Positions 63,447-64,000 of a stretch of 64,000 bases of DNA are shown one piece after another (position 1 is the stretch's first letter; each line of letters begins with the position of its first letter). A program made the position numbers and the translations under genes. Location: the sequence record OM339718.1. The stretch is one strand, 5' to 3'. The notes under the pieces were generated by a model. It was given only the letters and a program-made list of their open reading frames with translations, made no database searches and was not told the origin of the DNA.

Positions 63447-63858
63447 AGAATCGATCCGGTCGCACCACCACCAGACTTAATAGCATTGGCTACCCGAGCC
63501 CACACATGTAAACCTCAAACACCCCAATGAGTTAAGCCTACAAGAAGGTCTTGCTCGTTACTTTTACGCTTAGGCCCTTACGGGAATCTAAGCCTTTTAT
63601 GTTTAACGTCATAACAGACGCGCTCATGTGATGGCTTGAATCAGTGGTCATTCACAAGCAATACTCCCTATGTAACCTTTTACCCGTCACGGACTGGAAC
63701 CTTATTACAGGAAAGGAACCTACATCACCATTTGAGTAATGGGAGAGGTCGGGGTTCGGTTTTTATTTTCTAGCTTTCACTAGATTTTTTACAAATACCG
63801 GTGGGCTACTTAAAGCGTCGATTCTCATAGACCGGACTATTGACGAGAATCCAAAATT
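63447..63858 (-). ncRNA. candidate large ornate structured ncRNA between two tRNAs
   Basis: At least 8 helices, GNRA tetraloops, long-range 5'/3' pairings; no ORF. Confidence 0.65.
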
Positions 63859-63934
63859 TGGAGCCGAGTGTGGGACTCAAACCCACGACCTACGGATTAC
63901 AAGACCGTCGCTCTATCAACTGAGCTAACCCGGC
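63859..63934 (-). tRNA. trnT: tRNA-Thr (UGU)
   Basis: Cloverleaf; G1-C72, C2-G71; anticodon loop CU-UGU-AA; encoded CCA; atypical U31.U39 and UUUGA T loop. Confidence 0.88.
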
Positions 63935-64000
63935 AGAGGATTATAATCAGGATCGTTAGACTGTGATTATATCCTAATGTAGTTGACATGCTATCACAAG

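Noticed and set aside
63447-63858. tmRNA, RNase P RNA or group I intron identity for the large RNA (GAAUCGAC, AGUCCGG and AUAGUCC look-alikes)
   Set aside because: No T arm/CCA end or tag frame, no GAGGAAAGUCC/ACAGAA RNase P boxes, no recognisable P7 core, and it interrupts no gene. A formal covariance-model search is still needed.
62442-63858. Retron, DGR or RT-associated ncRNA
   Set aside because: No reverse transcriptase ORF (no YxDD-type protein) in the window
1-64000. Alternative genetic code / stop-codon reassignment
   Set aside because: Core genes (52, tk, fibre, lysozyme) are intact under code 11, all three stops are used, and the Trp tRNA has a normal CCA anticodon

Overview
AT-rich segment of a large T4-related (Straboviridae-like) lytic phage genome. 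It is not a bacterial chromosome. About 1-44 kb is a hyperplastic region of roughly 130 small, co-oriented (+) ORFs, mostly hypothetical. It is driven by many sigma70-like promoters and contains several expanded paralog families. It is bracketed by two copies of a composite non-coding element at about 1.6-1.8 kb and 43.9-44.1 kb. Recognisable accessory enzymes in the window are CYTH, MazG-like, GIY-YIG homing endonuclease, amino-MTase, GNAT, YqeY, Arr-like ADP-ribosyltransferase, Mom-like and macrodomain proteins, plus a degenerate family-B polymerase-like protein. T4 landmarks follow: ndd, topoisomerase gene 52, asiA, the spanin pair, a 1314-aa gp36-like tail fibre and a T4-type lysozyme. The - strand then carries tk, a ParB-like protein, hoc, a P-loop protein, a ferritin-like protein and the start of a tRNA cluster (Trp-CCA, Thr-UGU). 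The most striking unexplained signals are a 412-nt, heavily base-paired and pseudoknotted non-coding RNA candidate between the two tRNAs, a second ~250-nt structured RNA nearby, a pseudoknot next to a start-less or frameshifted ORF, and the twin composite elements with an internally flipped mini-hairpin segment. All family assignments come from motif recognition by eye; no database search was run.
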